Positions 1 through 7,417 of a stretch of DNA of 8,755 nucleotides are shown piece by piece (position 1 is the first letter of the stretch; each line of letters begins with the position of its first letter). The stretch is from a virus (taxonomy: Duplodnaviria; Heunggongvirae; Uroviricota; Caudoviricetes). Below the pieces are notes generated by a model. That model saw only the letters and a program-made list of their open reading frames with translations. It had not been told where the DNA came from and did not search any database. The stretch spans positions 1-8,755 of the IMG/VR virus record IMGVR_UViG_2703718800_000013, one strand, 5' to 3'. A program made the translations under genes and the position numbers.

Positions 1-1
1 C

Positions 2-1024
2 CAGCGCCTGCCCGGTTCGCAGCCGGGCGTGAATGAAACCACCCTGAATGCCATTGCGTATGCACAGGCGGGGCTGTCAGCACAGGAGCATGAACATCTG
101 GCCTGGATCTCCCGGCAGATAATTCCGACAGAAGCTGATGAAGCCGAACTCCTGAAACACTGCGCATTCTGGGGTGTCATCCGTAAACCGGCTTCCCGCG
201 CTGACGGACCGGTACAACTGATGCTGACCACGGATGCAGGGATCACGGAAGGCGTACTCCTTCAGCGAAGCGATGGTGTTGTGTACCGCATCACTGGCTC
301 TGCGACCGGAAAAGCCGGAACACTGAATGTTAATGTGGAGGCGGAAAGTGCGGGGCGCGCCGGAAATACCCCGACCGGAACCCGCCTGTCCTTTATCACA
401 CCACAGGCGGGCATCAACCAGACAGCCACGGTCACCGGCACGGGACTCACCGGTGGTGCGGATGTGGAAACGGTGCCGGAGTTGCTGTCCAGGCTGGTAT
501 TCCGGGTACAGAACCCGCCATCAGGGGGAACACAGTATGATTTTGAACGCTGGGCACGGGAAGTACCTGGCGTGACGCGGGCATGGTGTAAGCCTGAATG
601 GCCTGAGGCTGGTAGTGTTGGTGTGACTTTTGTTCAGGATAATAACCCTGACATTTTCCCCGGGGAAGGTGATGTGAAGCGGGTGGCGGATTATATCCGC
701 AGTCATGATGATCCGGCGACGGGCCAGCCCGTTGGTCAGCCACTTGGGCCGACAATCAGCGTGTTTAAGCTGACCAATAAGCCGGTGGTGTTTGAGATAA
801 GGATTGTACCCAAAACGCCGGAAAATCAGGCTGCCGTAAAACAGGCATTAACGGACCTGCTTTATAACGAATCGCGGCCGGGTGGACTTGTATTGCCTTC
901 ATCATTCTGGCGGGCTGTTGCAGGGGTGAAAGGACTGGAGGATTTTGAAGTTCGCAGCCCGCTGAAGTCCGTGATGGCCGGAGATACAGAGTTGCTGACC
1001 GTGGGGGAAATCACATGGCTGTAA
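2..1024 (+). CDS. Baseplate J-like protein (Mu gp47 / P2 gpJ family), probably 5'-partial
   Basis: Long ORF ending TAA at 1022-1024. The first in-window start is GTG at 29, but the frame stays open back to position 2, so the true start may lie upstream of the window. Family assignment rests mainly on gene order (immediately upstream of a DUF2313-like gene and the tail fibre) plus recalled resemblance; not verified by search. Confidence 0.6.
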   Translation, partial: QRLPGSQPGVNETTLNAIAYAQAGLSAQEHEHLAWISRQIIPTEADEAELLKHCAFWGVIRKPASRADGPVQLMLTTDAGITEGVLLQRSDGVVYRITGSATGKAGTLNVNVEAESAGRAGNTPTGTRLSFITPQAGINQTATVTGTGLTGGADVETVPELLSRLVFRVQNPPSGGTQYDFERWAREVPGVTRAWCKPEWPEAGSVGVTFVQDNNPDIFPGEGDVKRVADYIRSHDDPATGQPVGQPLGPTISVFKLTNKPVVFEIRIVPKTPENQAAVKQALTDLLYNESRPGGLVLPSSFWRAVAGVKGLEDFEVRSPLKSVMAGDTELLTVGEITWL

Positions 1025-1572
1025 CCCTGACCCCGCATCAGCGCGCCCTGTTGCAGTTGCTGCCTGACGGGCTGGTATGGGATAAGCGGCCGTCATCCGT
1101 TCTTGCGGCTTTGTGCCTGGGCCTCAGTCATTCCACGGAGCGTGTTTCCTGGACCGGCAACCAGATGCTGGCAGAACGTTTTCCTGATTCATCCCGTCTG
1201 CTGCTGGAAGACTGGGAGCGTTATCTGGGGTTACCGGAATGTGATATGACCGGCGCAACCATTCAGGAGCGTCAGCGTTATGCCGGGAATAAATACCGGA
1301 TGAAACCCTCTCTTAACCGTGAATTTTATATCCGGTTTGCGGCAGAGTTTGGTTATGAAATAGATATCCAGCCATCACCGGAATCACAATGGATCAGTAT
1401 TGTGACAGTGAAGACAGCGGTTGGATACCGTCACATGAATGTACTGGACGATATTCTTACGCCACTGCGAATTTATGATGCAAGTGCGCTGGAGTGCATT
1501 TTAAACCGTTATAAGCCAGCCTGGCAGACGTTTTTATATCTGTACGAAAACAGTCATGAGGAGACGGAGTGA
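1015..1572 (+). CDS. Phage tail/baseplate protein, Mu gp48 / YmfQ-like (DUF2313 family)
   Basis: 185-aa ORF. Its ATG at 1015 overlaps the upstream stop (ATGGCTGTAA), suggesting translational coupling. Size and position between the baseplate J-like gene and the tail fibre match the Mu-type late operon. Confidence 0.6.
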   Translation: MAVTLTPHQRALLQLLPDGLVWDKRPSSVLAALCLGLSHSTERVSWTGNQMLAERFPDSSRLLLEDWERYLGLPECDMTGATIQERQRYAGNKYRMKPSLNREFYIRFAAEFGYEIDIQPSPESQWISIVTVKTAVGYRHMNVLDDILTPLRIYDASALECILNRYKPAWQTFLYLYENSHEETE

Positions 1573-2468
1573 TGTATTTTGTCGACAACAATTCAGGTGT
1601 GACCGATATGCCACCACTGGCCCCCTCACAGGGCACGCAGGTTAAATGGTTTACTGAAGGTGACGGACGCAAAGGGATCAGCCATATAGGTCAGGACTGG
1701 CTGAACATCGTGCAGGCAGAGCTGCTTGCCATTCTGACAGAAGGACAGGTTCAGCCGGATAAGGCAAAACTGAACCAGCTGGTGATAGCCATTAAGGCAA
1801 TCATTGCAGCAAACGCATACAGCCGGAAAAACAACCTTAAGGAGATTGCGGATGCAGGTGCAGAAGCACAGGCTGCTGCCCGCCGTCATCTTGGGCTTGG
1901 AGGATTATCAGGAAAAGACAGCCTGGCTGCTAATGATGTGGGAGCACTGGAGAAATCCATGAATTTTGGCGATGTACCGGATAAAACCTCGGCCCGCCAG
2001 AATCTGGATGTTTACAGCAAGAGCGAAGGTGATAACCGTTATCTGCGCAAGGATCAGAATGGCGCGGATATCGCGGACAAAGGAACCTTTATCGATAACG
2101 TCGGTTTACGGGAAACGGTAAATAAGGCGGCGAATGCCCTGCCATCGGACGGCACCGCTGCGGCAGCGAATAAACTCGCCACCCCAAGAAATATTAATGG
2201 TGTTCCTTTCGACGGGACGCAGGATATCAGCATTACTTCAGGGATGACGGAATCAACAGCCAATCAGCGTTATGTTACAGGGGTAAGACTGGGAGCGCAG
2301 GCATTAAGCGGCGGACTGGAATATAATTACTCCCTGTCATCAGGAAATGTGATTACCGGTTTTAAGACTGACGGAGACTGGGAAATGCGTAGTGGTGATG
2401 ACCGTGTTTATTACAGACAGATACAATATTGTATTAATGGGAATTGGGTATCCGCTGCAAGTATTTAA
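1569..2468 (+). CDS. Tail fibre protein (Mu S-like), current orientation; constant N-terminal part plus invertible C-terminal part
   Basis: 299-aa ORF. The likely start is ATG at 1572, preceded by GAGGAG at 1558-1563 (GTG at 1569 is the first in-frame start). The N-terminus (MYFVDNNSGVTDMPPL...WFTEGDG) resembles the conserved phage tail-fibre N-terminal domain. Codon GTC 2100-2102 carries the recombination core, and the C-terminal ~72 aa differ from the alternative cassette on the minus strand. Confidence 0.85.
   Translation: MMYFVDNNSGVTDMPPLAPSQGTQVKWFTEGDGRKGISHIGQDWLNIVQAELLAILTEGQVQPDKAKLNQLVIAIKAIIAANAYSRKNNLKEIADAGAEAQAAARRHLGLGGLSGKDSLAANDVGALEKSMNFGDVPDKTSARQNLDVYSKSEGDNRYLRKDQNGADIADKGTFIDNVGLRETVNKAANALPSDGTAAAANKLATPRNINGVPFDGTQDISITSGMTESTANQRYVTGVRLGAQALSGGLEYNYSLSSGNVITGFKTDGDWEMRSGDDRVYYRQIQYCINGNWVSAASI
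2089..2114. promoter_or_regulatory. Left crossover site for the DNA invertase (gix/hix-like 26-bp site)
   Basis: TTATCGATAACG-TC-GGTTTACGGGAA: two imperfect 12-bp half-sites around the core dinucleotide TC (2101-2102). It resembles recalled hix/gix sites, and inverted-repeat identity begins exactly at the core. Confidence 0.7.
2101..2249. repeat. Left arm of a perfect 149-bp inverted repeat flanking the invertible segment
   Basis: The reverse complement of 3379-3527 matches 2101-2249 in every block I compared by hand. The mirror-image ORFs in the track (2054..2263 minus and 3395..3580 plus share a 44-aa identical stretch) are a direct consequence. Confidence 0.95.
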
Positions 2469-2567
2469 TTAACGGCTCATGGCGTACGGCAGGCAGCGCC
2501 TGATATATGTGTTATCTCAGACAATCCCTGTCCGTATATAGCGATAGTATTATTCCTGTTTTTATCA

Positions 2568-3110
2568 TTGATTCACATGGTGATGTTTATGCAACTGATT
2601 AATGTTAAACGATATTACCCGGAAAACACCCTCTATGGTAATGATGTACAGTATTTTCAGAGTGAAGATGGTAAGGATTTCTACGAGTCCCTGCCATTAT
2701 TCACCAAAAAATATAAACTTTGTATAACACCTGACAGCGGCATTATCTGCTCAATATCACAGGACGCTTCGGCGCTGTATCCTGCGGGGTTCTCTGTGGT
2801 TGAAGTCGACGAACTCCCTGAAGGTGCTGATATTTCGGGTAACTGGAAGTTTGATAATGGCGTGATCTCCCGTATTCCGGTTAACTACGCAAGAAAACTG
2901 GAAGCAATGCGCCAGTTATATCTTAATCAGGCATATGAAAAAATTAATGACTGGAGAACAGAATTACAGCTGGGCACCATCAGTGATGAAGACAGAGCCG
3001 CACTTACCCGATGGATGGCATACATCAGTCAGGTGAAAAAAATGGAACCATCCGCCATTAAAACTGAAGCTGAATTTGATGCCATTAAATGGCCCGAACA
3101 GCCTGAATAA
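2568..3110 (+). CDS. Tail fibre assembly protein (Mu U / Tfa family chaperone)
   Basis: 180-aa ORF with several possible starts (TTG 2568; ATG 2577, 2583, 2589). Blocks SEDGKDFYE, DASALYPAGFSVVEV and a C-terminal WPEQPE match the recalled pattern of Mu U/Tfa proteins. Confidence 0.8.
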   Translation: MIHMVMFMQLINVKRYYPENTLYGNDVQYFQSEDGKDFYESLPLFTKKYKLCITPDSGIICSISQDASALYPAGFSVVEVDELPEGADISGNWKFDNGVISRIPVNYARKLEAMRQLYLNQAYEKINDWRTELQLGTISDEDRAALTRWMAYISQVKKMEPSAIKTEAEFDAIKWPEQPE

Positions 3111-3113
3111 CTT

Positions 3114-3143
3114 AAAGGGTGCTTATCGCACCCTTTTTCTTTC
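3114..3143. terminator. Intrinsic terminator between tfa and the minus-strand cassette, possibly bidirectional
   Basis: AAAGGGTGC (3114-3122), loop TTATC, GCACCCTTT (3128-3136), then TTTTTCTTTC on the + strand. It sits 3 bp after the tfa stop and ends just before the minus-strand cassette stop at 3145-3147. Confidence 0.6.
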
Positions 3144-3144
3144 A

Positions 3145-3527
3145 TCAGACAGATGAAACTGTACGCCATGCATTACTGATATATATCTGCACAGGACGGA
3201 AATAAACCCCGCCAATGTTATCGGCAGAGTTTTTTCCTGTTTCCTGCACGTTAATACCGGAAAGCATACAACCGGAAGGCGCACTGTAATTCCATGACAT
3301 TTCATTGCCTCCGGGTGAATGATAGCTCTGTGCTCCAAGCTGAACGTTCTGTACATACCGGTCATCTGCGGTTGACTGCGTCATCCCTGAAGTAATGCTG
3401 ATATCCTGCGTCCCGTCGAAAGGAACACCATTAATATTTCTTGGGGTGGCGAGTTTATTCGCTGCCGCAGCGGTGCCGTCCGATGGCAGGGCATTCGCCG
3501 CCTTATTTACCGTTTCCCGTAAACCGA
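3145..3527 (-). CDS. Alternative tail-fibre C-terminal cassette (Sv'-like), silent in this orientation
   Basis: The minus-strand frame is open from the core at 3526-3527 through the inverted repeat (encoding the same 49 aa as the + copy) into a distinct ~77-aa C-terminus (MTQSTADDRYVQNVQLGAQ...), which parallels the + copy (MTESTANQRYVTGVRLGAQ...). It has no start codon or RBS of its own at its 5' end. Confidence 0.75.
3379..3527. repeat. Right arm of the perfect 149-bp inverted repeat
   Basis: Reverse complement of 2101-2249. Confidence 0.95.
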
Positions 3528-3539
3528 GGTTTCAGGGAT
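3514..3539. promoter_or_regulatory. Right crossover site for the DNA invertase (gix/hix-like)
   Basis: TTCCCGTAAACC-GA-GGTTTCAGGGAT, with core GA (3526-3527) that is the inverse of the left-site core TC. The inner half-site equals the reverse complement of the left site's inner half-site. It lies directly upstream of the invertase gene, as gixR does relative to gin. Confidence 0.7.
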
Positions 3540-3593
3540 GCCGTATATCTGCTTTAAAAGGCCTTTCCACCTCTTTTTAAGGAAGGTAAATAC

Positions 3594-4154
3594 ATGCTGA
3601 TTGGCTATATACGCGTATCAACAAATGACCAGAACACAGGTTTACAAAGAAATGCGCTGGAATGTGCAGGATGTGAGCAGATTTTTGAAGATAAAATGAG
3701 CGGAAAAACAACACAGCGGCCGGGACTGAAGCGGGCACTGAAGAAACTAAAACCCGGTGACACGCTGATGGTCTGGAAACTGGACAGGCTGGGGCGCAGT
3801 ATGCGCCACCTTGTTGCGCTGACAGATGAATTACAGCAACAGGGGATAAATTTTCGTAGTCTTACTGACAGCATTGATACGTCAACCCCCATGGGGCGCT
3901 TCTTTTTTCACATAATGGGTGCGCTGGCAGAAATGGAGCGTGAATTGATTGTCGAACGGACACGGGCTGGTCTTGCAGCTGCCCGTGAAAGGGGACGAAC
4001 CGGCGGCAGACCCCGTCGTCTCACGCAGGAACAATACGAGCAGGTCGGGCGTTTACTGGCCGGGGGTGTCAGCCGAAGACAGGCGGCACTTATTTTTGAT
4101 ATCGGCCTTTCAACCCTTTATCGTTATTTTCCTGCGAGCGTTTCGGAAAAATAA
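3594..4154 (+). CDS. gin: Serine-recombinase DNA invertase (Gin/Pin/Cin/Hin family)
   Basis: 186-aa ORF with RBS AAGGAAGG upstream. The N-terminus MLIGYIRVSTNDQNT carries the catalytic Ser, and a C-terminal helix-turn-helix region is present. The protein is near-collinear with Mu Gin as I recall it, and its position next to the invertible segment fits. Confidence 0.95.
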   Translation: MLIGYIRVSTNDQNTGLQRNALECAGCEQIFEDKMSGKTTQRPGLKRALKKLKPGDTLMVWKLDRLGRSMRHLVALTDELQQQGINFRSLTDSIDTSTPMGRFFFHIMGALAEMERELIVERTRAGLAAARERGRTGGRPRRLTQEQYEQVGRLLAGGVSRRQAALIFDIGLSTLYRYFPASVSEK

Positions 4155-4244
4155 GACGCTCCCTTTGTTGGGCCTTTACTGAATTAACGCAAAATGGCGT
4201 TTATCGGTCTGTGGATATGATAATTCTGTTTATTCAGGAACAGG

Positions 4245-6326
4245 ATGAATATTATGACGTCCAAATGGGTTCAACTATCATCAATGCCCGGAAACTTTAC
4301 CGTTAAAGTTTCCGGTGGTACAGCGGCATTTCTTGAGGCTCCCTTTCCTCCGGCTGAAACGAAAGGAGGTATGACATTTGCTGACTGTCTCATCAGTTTT
4401 AATACACGGGATTGCCTGTGGGTAAGGCCAGTATCCGGTGATCCGAACGTGGAAATTACCGGAGCGGGTATTGGTGCTGTCATTCCGTTAAGTGCTGATG
4501 TTGCCGGTACTACTGAACCGTCAGACTGGAACAATGCGGAAACATACACTTCCTCAGCAGGAGATAAAGTTGCAGGTCAAACTCCGTCCTGGTATTACGT
4601 GGTTGTTATTGCTGGTCAGTCGAATGCATCGTCATTTGGTGAAGGTCTTCCTTTGCCTGATACCTATGATCGACCTGATCCACGTATTAAACAGCTGGCT
4701 CGCCGTAACACGGTTACACCTGGCGGGGTTGAATGCGCCTACAACGATATAATTCCGGCAGATCACTGTCTTCATGATGTGCTGGATATGAGTAACCATA
4801 ATCATCCAAAAGCAGATCTTTCAAAAGGTCAGTATGGTTGTGTCGGCCAGGGTTTGCATATTGCAAAAAAACTCCTGCCCTTTATCCCGGAAGAGGCTGG
4901 TATCCTTCTGGTTCCCTGTGCCAGAGGAGGCTCTGCATTTACCGATGGTGCTGATGGTGAATTTACTGAAGCTTCCGGAGCAACATCTGCATCATCGCGC
5001 TGGGGAGTCAATAAACCTTTGTTCAGCGATCTTGTTAACCGAACAAAAGCGGCTCTCAGCAGTAACCCCAGAAATATTCTCCTGTCCGTTGTCTGGATGC
5101 AGGGCGAGAATGATCTGAAAACAGGAAAACATGCTGAACATTCCGGTCTGTTTGTGACGATGGTCGAAACATTCAGGCGTGAACTTTCGGCTTTTTCTGC
5201 GCAATCTCCAGCCGGAGATATGGCTTCTGTACCGTGGATCTGTGGTGATACGACGTATTACTGGAAAAATACATATCCAGAACAATACAAAGCTGTTTAT
5301 GGCAAATATGCTAATGAAGCAAAGAACATTCACTTTGTTCCATTTGTTGTGGATGAAAATGGAAAAAATGTACCGACAAATAATCCAGATGAAGACCCGG
5401 ATATTCCAGGTATTGGCTATTATGGTGCCATAAGTCGCGATTCGACTAACTGGACATCAAACGACAGGGCAAGCCATTTCAGTTCATGGGCGCGCCGTGG
5501 AATTATTTCAGACCGTCTGGCAACAGCGATTCTGACATTGTCAGGACAAAAATCTGCTTTCTTCCGCGGTGTAACGGCAACAGAACATTCTGATACCGGT
5601 AAGAGTGAGCCTGAACCCACCGGGGATGTGAAGGACGTGAGCGATCAGATGAAGATCATCGTTTCGTATACTGCAAACGCCCCGACAGAACCAATGAAAG
5701 ATCAGGGGTGGAATGCGGCTTCCGGAAAAGCAACCTTTGTCACGGATGCTGCTGCAACAGGTGGTAACAAAGCGTTAAGGGTGAATAAAGCGCCTAACAG
5801 CATGGCCTCATGGAAAATGTATCATCCGATCACAGCTGATAATGCCAGGGATTTGTTCGCCAGAGGTGGTGATATTTCCCTCCGTTTCAAAATTCCATCG
5901 GATGCGGGCATTGCGGAAAACCGGTATGGTGTTGGTATTTACTGGGCTGTAAGTAACTGGCCTGACGGTGACGGAAAAAATAACCTCATCGCATCATGTT
6001 TCCTGCAAACGGATTCAGCTAACCTGAATGTGATGTATCACAAAGGGAGCGGAAGTCAACAGATAGGATCGTATGGTGTCTTTGATCATGAATGGCATAC
6101 GCTCTCGTTACGGTTTGCAGGTGGTAATAGCATGAGTGTTACCCCAGTTCTGGACGGGAAAGATGGTGAACCATTTGAACTTGTGAAGTGGGTGAATGCC
6201 GGGTTCACGGTGGATCAACTGACACTGACCGATATTACCGGCAATGCAGCCACTTACCCGATGTTGTTTGACACAATTAAAGTGCAGGTTAACGATGCGG
6301 TCTCTTCGTCTAATGTGAATAAATGA
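4245..6326 (+). CDS. SASA/SGNH-family carbohydrate esterase (sialate O-acetylesterase-like; NanS-p-like) with an N-terminal extension and a C-terminal lectin-like domain
   Basis: 693-aa ORF. The GQSN nucleophile motif is encoded at nt 4614-4625, a QGEND block at about 5099-5113, and a downstream D-x3-H (SNDRASHF) follows, the three signature blocks of SASA-type esterases. The ~250-aa C-terminal region looks like a beta-sandwich carbohydrate-binding domain (inference). An alternative start is ATG at 4254. Confidence 0.75.
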   Translation: MNIMTSKWVQLSSMPGNFTVKVSGGTAAFLEAPFPPAETKGGMTFADCLISFNTRDCLWVRPVSGDPNVEITGAGIGAVIPLSADVAGTTEPSDWNNAETYTSSAGDKVAGQTPSWYYVVVIAGQSNASSFGEGLPLPDTYDRPDPRIKQLARRNTVTPGGVECAYNDIIPADHCLHDVLDMSNHNHPKADLSKGQYGCVGQGLHIAKKLLPFIPEEAGILLVPCARGGSAFTDGADGEFTEASGATSASSRWGVNKPLFSDLVNRTKAALSSNPRNILLSVVWMQGENDLKTGKHAEHSGLFVTMVETFRRELSAFSAQSPAGDMASVPWICGDTTYYWKNTYPEQYKAVYGKYANEAKNIHFVPFVVDENGKNVPTNNPDEDPDIPGIGYYGAISRDSTNWTSNDRASHFSSWARRGIISDRLATAILTLSGQKSAFFRGVTATEHSDTGKSEPEPTGDVKDVSDQMKIIVSYTANAPTEPMKDQGWNAASGKATFVTDAAATGGNKALRVNKAPNSMASWKMYHPITADNARDLFARGGDISLRFKIPSDAGIAENRYGVGIYWAVSNWPDGDGKNNLIASCFLQTDSANLNVMYHKGSGSQQIGSYGVFDHEWHTLSLRFAGGNSMSVTPVLDGKDGEPFELVKWVNAGFTVDQLTLTDITGNAATYPMLFDTIKVQVNDAVSSSNVNK

Positions 6327-6355
6327 CGGGTAATTCATTTTATTTAAAATGGTGA

Positions 6356-6541
6356 GTGATTATGCCAATACTACATACATTTATGCTTTATTTTTGCACG
6401 TGTGTGTGTCTGCTTTATCTCCTCAGCGGAGGTTACAAAATTATCCGAAATTATTTTCGAAATAAAATTGATGCAGCCGCAGAGGAAAAGATAAAAAGCG
6501 GTGCTGTAATGCCGCAGCCGAAAGACTCCGGTCAGATTTAA
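6356..6541 (+). CDS. Hypothetical small protein with a hydrophobic N-terminus (questionable)
   Basis: 61-aa ORF in an A+T-rich intergenic-looking stretch with a weak RBS. The hydrophobic N-terminal 25 aa might be a membrane helix, but this could equally be a non-coding leader or promoter region. Confidence 0.25.
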   Translation: MIMPILHTFMLYFCTCVCLLYLLSGGYKIIRNYFRNKIDAAAEEKIKSGAVMPQPKDSGQI

Positions 6542-6576
6542 TTTTTTGTGAACCAGAAAAGGAAAGGAGAATATTC

Positions 6577-6822
6577 ATGCCAGAGATTAAAGGCACGGTT
6601 ACTGAAGAGCTTGTCAAACAGGCACTTTATTCTGAAGAAGTGAACCGCGTGCTGAAGGCGCAGGTTCGCAAGGATTTTGAGGCACAAATCGACGCATATG
6701 TTGATGAAGTGCTGGCCCGAATGGTTGGCCATTCTCCGGCTGAAAACAGCACGGAGAATGAGCCTCAGCCCGTAGAGCAACCAGAGCCGGTTCAGCCCGG
6801 AACTGACAGTGCCATGATGTAA
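6577..6822 (+). CDS. Hypothetical small acidic protein
   Basis: 81-aa ORF with a strong RBS (AAAGGAAAGGAGA, 7 nt before the ATG). It has a helical-looking N-terminal half and a Pro/Glu-rich tail. I do not recognise a family. Confidence 0.55.
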   Translation: MPEIKGTVTEELVKQALYSEEVNRVLKAQVRKDFEAQIDAYVDEVLARMVGHSPAENSTENEPQPVEQPEPVQPGTDSAMM

Positions 6823-6896
6823 CAATACAAACCGACAGCTTCTCCTGTCGGTTTGATTTTCATGGGCGATGTATATACCAGTCAGAGGAAATAATC

Positions 6897-7097
6897 ATGG
6901 ACAAGAACAAAAAGCAGCCCGATACCAAAGGTCTGGAAATATTAAGCGCAGAAATTATCAATGCGCTACGTTCAGGACTTGATGAAAATACATTACAGGA
7001 TCGAAACTTCACCACTGCAATGTGGATAGCGATGCAGATCCTGTGTACCCCAAGATGCGCTATTTTTGCGGTTCGTGAGGGTCAGTTGACTCGCTGA
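6897..7097 (+). CDS. Hypothetical small protein
   Basis: 66-aa ORF with RBS GAGGAA 7 nt upstream. No family recognised. Confidence 0.5.
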   Translation: MDKNKKQPDTKGLEILSAEIINALRSGLDENTLQDRNFTTAMWIAMQILCTPRCAIFAVREGQLTR

Positions 7098-7266
7098 TTG
7101 CCCGAATTACATCAGAAAAGCACGCGTTCCATAATTGCATAGCTGATGAATCACCAGCTGTATGAAAAGAGGTAAAGACACAACTGGTGGATGTCATTGC
7201 TGCAATTGTGATATCAGCTGCAATTCGCGCAGCCTGTAACTTTTGGTCGGTGGTCAGTTTATCCAT
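7060..7266 (-). CDS. Hypothetical small protein, convergent with and overlapping the 3' end of the 6897..7097 ORF
   Basis: The ORF track gives 7060..7290; an internal ATG at 7266 has a much better RBS (AGGAGAAA). Codon usage looks plausible, but no family is recognised and a + strand terminator downstream implies antisense read-through. Confidence 0.35.
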   Translation of the reverse strand: MDKLTTDQKLQAARIAADITIAAMTSTSCVFTSFHTAGDSSAMQLWNACFSDVIRAISESTDPHEPQK

Positions 7267-7380
7267 TTTCTCCTGCCTGAACAGATGCATCTCTGCTTTA
7301 CAGGAGGCCGGGGAATATCATAGGATACACCACGAGCTCAGAGTGAAGCATTGATGCAGTTTTTTACAGATTGACCCAGA

Positions 7381-7417
7381 ACCCAGCATAGTTCCAGCTA
7401 TGCTGGGTTTCCCTTTT
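7381..7417 (+). terminator. Rho-independent terminator (+ strand)
   Basis: Perfect 11-bp stem ACCCAGCATAG (7381-7391) / CTATGCTGGGT (7398-7408) with loop TTCCAG, followed by TTCCCTTTTAT. Confidence 0.55.

Larger units (their letters stand above)
2101..3527. mobile_element. Invertible tail-fibre host-range segment (Mu G-segment / P1 C-segment type), about 1427 bp
   Basis: Bounded by 26-bp crossover sites with inverted TC/GA cores and by 149-bp perfect inverted repeats. It contains the tail-fibre C-terminus and tfa on the + strand and an alternative tail-fibre C-terminus on the minus strand; an invertase gene lies immediately downstream. Confidence 0.85.

Noticed and set aside
262-755. Three overlapping ORFs (262..450 minus, 327..575 plus, 447..755 minus) within the baseplate J-like gene
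   Set aside because: They are alternative-frame ORFs embedded in a long, GC-rich coding region, a typical source of spurious ORFs, with Pro/Arg/His-rich low-complexity products.
2054-2263. Minus-strand 69-aa ORF inside the tail-fibre gene, mirrored by the plus-strand 61-aa ORF at 3395..3580
   Set aside because: Both are the antisense reading of the two arms of the 149-bp inverted repeat, which explains their identical 44-aa stretch. They are artefacts of the repeat, not genes.
3123-3365. Minus-strand 80-aa ORF overlapping the alternative tail-fibre cassette
   Set aside because: It is in a different frame from the cassette that parallels the + strand tail-fibre C-terminus, and it has no RBS. 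The 3145..3527 frame is the supported one.
3605-4182. ORFs 3605..3892 (minus) and 3949..4182 (plus) overlapping the invertase gene
   Set aside because: The invertase frame is unambiguous from its conserved catalytic N-terminus. These are overlapping-frame artefacts.
4271-5620. Multiple 60-113-aa ORFs on both strands inside the esterase gene
   Set aside because: All lie inside the 693-aa ORF, which carries the conserved esterase motifs. None has an independent RBS or a recognisable product.
6538-6825. Minus-strand 95-aa ORF antisense to the 6577..6822 ORF
   Set aside because: The + strand ORF has a strong, correctly spaced RBS and sits in an operon-like arrangement with its neighbours; the minus ORF has neither.
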